This document shows, one piece after another, positions 28,718 to 32,000 of a DNA stretch of 32,000 nucleotides (position 1 is its first letter; the number at the start of each line of letters is the position of its first letter). This stretch comes from Escherichia coli O111:H2 (GTDB lineage Bacteria; Pseudomonadota; Gammaproteobacteria; Enterobacterales; Enterobacteriaceae). The stretch lies in assembly GCF_050703695.1 (NCBI RefSeq), contig NZ_CP077551.1; one strand, given 5' to 3'. The notes under the pieces were generated by a model, which was not told the DNA's origin, did no database searches, and saw only the letters and a list, made by a program, of their open reading frames with translations. A program made the position numbers and the translations under genes.

Positions 28718-28870
28718 CTTTCAATAACTGATTGATTTATAATATCTTATGCCGCTTCGTTCCACTGTGTGTCCACATTCAGTGGAGGGTGAGGGGAGTA
28801 AGCCCGCTACATTGCGGGCTTTGTCTTATAGTCTTATCACTGTTTCAAGTCGGTGAGGGCACCAAAAAGA

Positions 28871-28898
28871 AAACCCGCAGTTTTTACGCTGCGGGTTT
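28871..28898 (-). terminator. Terminator of the hok-like transcript (or ogr-side transcripts)
   Basis: aaacccgcagtttttacgctgcgggttt inverted repeat. On the minus strand the stem is followed by TTTTCTTTTT. Confidence 0.75.
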
Positions 28899-28985
28899 GT
28901 TGTTCATATCTGTGAGATAGGGTGCCTTATCCGGCCTTACCCTGGCAACCGATTGACGGGGGATTGCTCCCCCGTCGCGGTTTCC

Positions 28986-29126
28986 TTACTGCTTACACTG
29001 TAAGAACGCCGCAAACTCCGCTCCCCAGAAGCTCATCCGTATTTCACACAGCGAACCGTGCAACATCCAGATGATGAGGATTGCCGTCACGCAGAACGTG
29101 ATGGTCGTAAGCGATTTTTGCGACAT
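28986..29126 (-). CDS. Hok/Gef family type I toxin (46 aa)
   Basis: Reverse strand MSQKSLTTITFCVTAILIIWMLHGSLCEIRMSFWGAEFAAFLQCKQ: one TM segment followed by the SLCEIR...E(F/V)AAF signature. AAGGAG ribosome site upstream. Absent from the supplied track. Confidence 0.9.
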   Translation of the reverse strand: MSQKSLTTITFCVTAILIIWMLHGSLCEIRMSFWGAEFAAFLQCKQ

Positions 29127-29256
29127 AGCACTTGCTCCTTTTCCGGAGAGGCGCTAACCTTTCACTTGTCAAGGTAATGCGGTTAGGGCCTCGGTTAAAC
29201 AGAGATGTTTTCCGGGGCCTTTCCACATCTGGCCTTCGGGTATTCCCTCCGACCAT
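29044..29256 (-). CDS. Possible mok-like ORF (70 aa) overlapping the toxin gene in another frame
   Basis: Starts 130 nt upstream of the toxin start, overlaps it out of frame and ends inside it, the same arrangement as mok/hok. Confidence 0.5.
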   Translation of the reverse strand: MVGGNTRRPDVERPRKTSLFNRGPNRITLTSERLAPLRKRSKCYVAKIAYDHHVLRDGNPHHLDVARFAV

Positions 29257-29316
29257 CAGCCGAAAGGCACCCGCGCGTAATCTATCGCTTTTTTGTTACT
29301 CCGGCAATTCTGCCTG

Positions 29317-29577
29317 TTAATTCTGAGGTAAAGGCAAGCTCATCTGATTGTTTCCCCTGTGTGAAGCTGGCAGATCATGCCACGGGATATCTTCTGAAGA
29401 GTGAACGCCGGAGGCGTGTTTTGATGTGAATTTATGGAAAGCTTCCAGTGTTGAGAAGCATACGCCGCATTCCAGATTGTTACACTGGTAATACTTTTGC
29501 CGCACGGTGTTTGAATCATTTTCCGGACGACTGGTGCGGATACGGGCAGATGCGCCACAAAGCGGACAACGGAACAT
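29317..29577 (-). CDS. ogr: Ogr/Delta family zinc-finger late transcription activator
   Basis: 86 aa MFRCPLCGASARIRTSRPENDSNTVRQKYYQCNNLECGVCFSTLEAF... with a Cys4 zinc-binding pattern as in P2 Ogr. Confidence 0.92.
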   Translation of the reverse strand: MFRCPLCGASARIRTSRPENDSNTVRQKYYQCNNLECGVCFSTLEAFHKFTSKHASGVHSSEDIPWHDLPASHRGNNQMSLPLPQN

Positions 29578-29820
29578 AGCGACCTCCCTTAACGTAGTGC
29601 AGGGGCTATTCTAAGTTGTTCTGGCTCATACTCCAACAGCCAGTCCGTTTCGAGCGAAAAGCGGTGATTTAACTCTTGAAGAAATAGGCTTTGATACGAT
29701 TTATCCAAAGCCTGTAAAAGATTGGAATGTTTTTTATCCTGTCATCTATTTTGGGAAAAGATCAGGAAATAGTTATGCACTTATAGATTTACTATAGCAT
29801 TGTATTATTTGAGTACACCC

Positions 29821-31323
29821 TCATGTTTTGATTTGTGCGCTAATAGAACTTTTCTGTCTTTTCTTCTGCTCTTGAATGTATGTCTGCACCATTTCTGTTA
29901 TGGTTGAAAATGCACTATGTTCTTCTATAGTTATTTTTAATTTAAATGTTTTAATGACCGGATTGGTAAGGTTATTTGCATCAACTCTCACCTCAATTGC
30001 ACCATTCACTTTCTTTGGTTTGTTGGCTGTATATACGAACAACGGGAATATTTCTTCTTTGACTTGATGACGCCACTCTTCGCATTCCAGCGATACAACT
30101 TGAACTGGCTCATTTCTCTTTTCTTTATAATAAAAATCGTTTTTATCCCTTTCTGTTGGAGTAAGAGATAACAAAGGACCAATTTCTTTTGAAATTATAC
30201 TGGATAGCGGTGTTTCCAAAGCTCCCCCAGCGTAAGGCATTCTTTCTGTTACGCCACATACACTACGCCATTTTCCTTTGGGGGCGGTAGGGGCTGAAGG
30301 TAGGTCAATCCTTTTGCTTTCAGTCAGCTCTTCCATTATCTCCCAATTAAATCCACACAGACGAAAATCTCCTTTTGCTGTAAATGTTACCACAGCACGT
30401 TCAGCGATAGTATAACCTGTGTTTTGTAATAAAAACGACAGCGGGTATTTTATTGCCTTCGGATTAATATGAGTATGACAGTTTTTCAGTATTTCTTCAC
30501 ACTGCTTTTTCCAAAGTGGATAATGTTTTTCTTTATAAAGAGAAATATCATCTGCTGATACAGGGAAATACTCCTGTTGACTAAATGACTTGATGATTTT
30601 TTCTAGTGATTGTGGGGTAGTTTGTTCATTGTCAAAGTTTGTAACCAATGGGAATGCATCCGTTAGTTGACAAAGCAAATTATCAACTTCATATTCAGAT
30701 AAAGCTGTATAATAAGGAAGTACAATATTTAATTGCTCGTCATCGGCTACTTTAATGCTGAAATCGGGCATAGACTGAGTGAATTGCTTCAGCTTAGCTT
30801 CCAGCAATTTAATTTGTTTATCCTTTTCATCTGGCTCAGCAGGAAGCAACCATGAAGAAGGCACTTTATAGCAGATTATATTATGTTTTATTGCTGAAAA
30901 ACGTGGACCGCTATCATTGGTAATGATTGCCACCTCCGAATCTGGATCGTCAGCGCAATACCCTGCCGCAATACCAACAAAACGATCGTCGGCCTCCTGA
31001 TAATCCAATTGTTCAGATAACTGTTCACATGGTTTCAGGCTTAGATCCATGGTAAGAAAAACTCGCGGCGAGCGTTCACGAATAACAAGAGTCATGTCAG
31101 TTGAATCAACTACTTGATTAAATAGGCTAGCAGCCTTCCTTGCTTTTTTGGATAGGCGGGAATTACCTTGCCCTTTCTGGCGGTCAATCTCTTGCTGAAT
31201 GGGCCTTGTAATAATGATACATACTTCATCACAAGCAGTAATCTCGGAAAAATTTACCTGCGTCAAGTCCTTGCATTGTAGAAAAATGTTTGAGTCTGGG
31301 AATAAATACAGCTTTTTGTTCAT
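29821..31323 (-). CDS. PIN-like domain protein of unknown function (500 aa); candidate phage-defence cargo gene
   Basis: N-terminus LYLFPDSNIFLQC, PIQQEIDRQK, ADDRFVGIAAGY and VAIITNDSG supply the spaced acidic residues of a PIN nuclease fold (D10, E45, D112/D113, D137). The C-terminal ~340 aa has no motif I recognise. It sits between phage genes D and ogr. Confidence 0.85.
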   Translation of the reverse strand: MNKKLYLFPDSNIFLQCKDLTQVNFSEITACDEVCIIITRPIQQEIDRQKGQGNSRLSKKARKAASLFNQVVDSTDMTLVIRERSPRVFLTMDLSLKPCEQLSEQLDYQEADDRFVGIAAGYCADDPDSEVAIITNDSGPRFSAIKHNIICYKVPSSWLLPAEPDEKDKQIKLLEAKLKQFTQSMPDFSIKVADDEQLNIVLPYYTALSEYEVDNLLCQLTDAFPLVTNFDNEQTTPQSLEKIIKSFSQQEYFPVSADDISLYKEKHYPLWKKQCEEILKNCHTHINPKAIKYPLSFLLQNTGYTIAERAVVTFTAKGDFRLCGFNWEIMEELTESKRIDLPSAPTAPKGKWRSVCGVTERMPYAGGALETPLSSIISKEIGPLLSLTPTERDKNDFYYKEKRNEPVQVVSLECEEWRHQVKEEIFPLFVYTANKPKKVNGAIEVRVDANNLTNPVIKTFKLKITIEEHSAFSTITEMVQTYIQEQKKRQKSSISAQIKT

Positions 31324-31548
31324 TCAAACCTCAACTATGTCAATGGTGTTAGATTAATATAATAATAGTTATCAATTGGTTATCAAAGCATGATTCTTAC
31401 CACCCCTGATGTCAGGTAGGAAAACACCATATGTTTCTGCTCTGTTTTTCCTTAGAAATAGGCATCCTTGCTGGAACAAAGCGAGCAGCTATATTGACTC
31501 TATGTTGTGAGTGTGTTGATCCGTTCTGAGTTAATACATTTAAGTTGC

Positions 31549-32000
31549 TCACTCTGTTTCTGCTATCCATTCCGGGATTTTTGCCTCAAGCTCAAGCTGC
31601 GTGGTAAAGCCGCTGTTATCAATGGTGTGCTCGGCTTTTGCAATAATCCAGTCCTGATTATCAATCTCGCTTTTAAATCCTGTTACCGTGCCATGCATTT
31701 CGGGGTAGAGTTCTGCACGTCCATGCGCCAGTGTGATGGAGAATGATGCGGCTCCGCGTTGTAGCTGCTGCCACTTTGCCGCCGCTGCACGTCTTGCTGC
31801 CTGCTCGTTCTGATAAGTTTTGCGTAACACAAACACGTTGCCTTCCGCACCTTCCATATAGTCGCCTTCCCGGCTGCTGCTTTTCTCCTTTTTTGGTTTT
31901 GACGGTTTGCGGCGTTTCACGCTGACTTTTTTCTTTTTCCCGTAATTAAGATCAAGCCAGTAAGCGCGTACCCCCGTATACGCTTCGCGGTCAGCAATGC
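31549..32000 (-). CDS. D: P2 gpD-like phage late control/tail protein, C-terminal part (5' end outside window)
   Basis: The frame stays open to the window edge: IADREAYTGVRAYWLDLNYGKKKKVSVKRRKPSKP...NVFVLRKTYQNEQAARRAAAAKWQQLQRGAASFSITLAHGRAELYPEMHGTVTGFKSEIDNQDWIIAKAEHTIDNSGFTTQLELE. This strongly resembles the C-terminus of P2 gpD. Confidence 0.93.
   Translation of the reverse strand, partial: IADREAYTGVRAYWLDLNYGKKKKVSVKRRKPSKPKKEKSSSREGDYMEGAEGNVFVLRKTYQNEQAARRAAAAKWQQLQRGAASFSITLAHGRAELYPEMHGTVTGFKSEIDNQDWIIAKAEHTIDNSGFTTQLELEAKIPEWIAETE

Larger units (their letters stand above)
28718..32000 (-). mobile_element. P2-like prophage, ogr/att end; continues beyond the window
   Basis: Reading on the minus strand from the window edge: tail gene D, accessory gene, ogr, toxin locus, host ihfA. 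In P2 the attachment site lies next to ogr, so an integrated copy ends with D-ogr-att. The expected K-12 neighbour (btuC) is absent after ihfA. The exact left boundary is an estimate. Confidence 0.85.

Noticed and set aside
28740-28985. Integrase gene expected near the attachment site
   Set aside because: No ORF of suitable size. In an integrated P2-like prophage int lies at the opposite end, outside this window.
29600-29626. Possible Ogr activator site (gttgttctggctcatactccaac) upstream of ogr
   Set aside because: Half-site spacing does not fit the TGTTGT-N12-ACANNA pattern I recall, so it is not called.
28718-32000. CRISPR array or retron in the accessory region
   Set aside because: No regularly spaced direct repeats and no reverse transcriptase or cas-like ORF are visible.

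Overview
This window is Escherichia coli-like core chromosome. It covers cho (partial)/nadE/osmE/chbBCARFG/katE/cedA/ydjO/tcyP/ydjM/hxpB/yniB/yniA/ydiZ/pfkB/ydiY/yniD/arpB/thrS/infC/rpmI/rplT/pheM/pheS/pheT/ihfA. Immediately after the ihfA terminator (~28.72 kb) the sequence changes to the ogr/attachment-site end of a P2-like prophage that runs out of the window: a Hok/Gef toxin locus, an Ogr/Delta late activator, an inserted 500-aa gene, and the C-terminal part of tail gene D. The best candidate for an undescribed system is that 500-aa gene (29821..31323, minus). It has an N-terminal PIN-like nuclease signature and a long uncharacterised C-terminal part, and it sits as apparent accessory cargo between D and ogr. 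Other items of interest are a hok/mok-like type I toxin locus with complementary 5' and 3' mRNA ends, an apparently intact arpB-type ankyrin-like ORF (a pseudogene in K-12), and an apparently broken ydjO. All names come from recalled protein similarity and gene order; no database search was possible.
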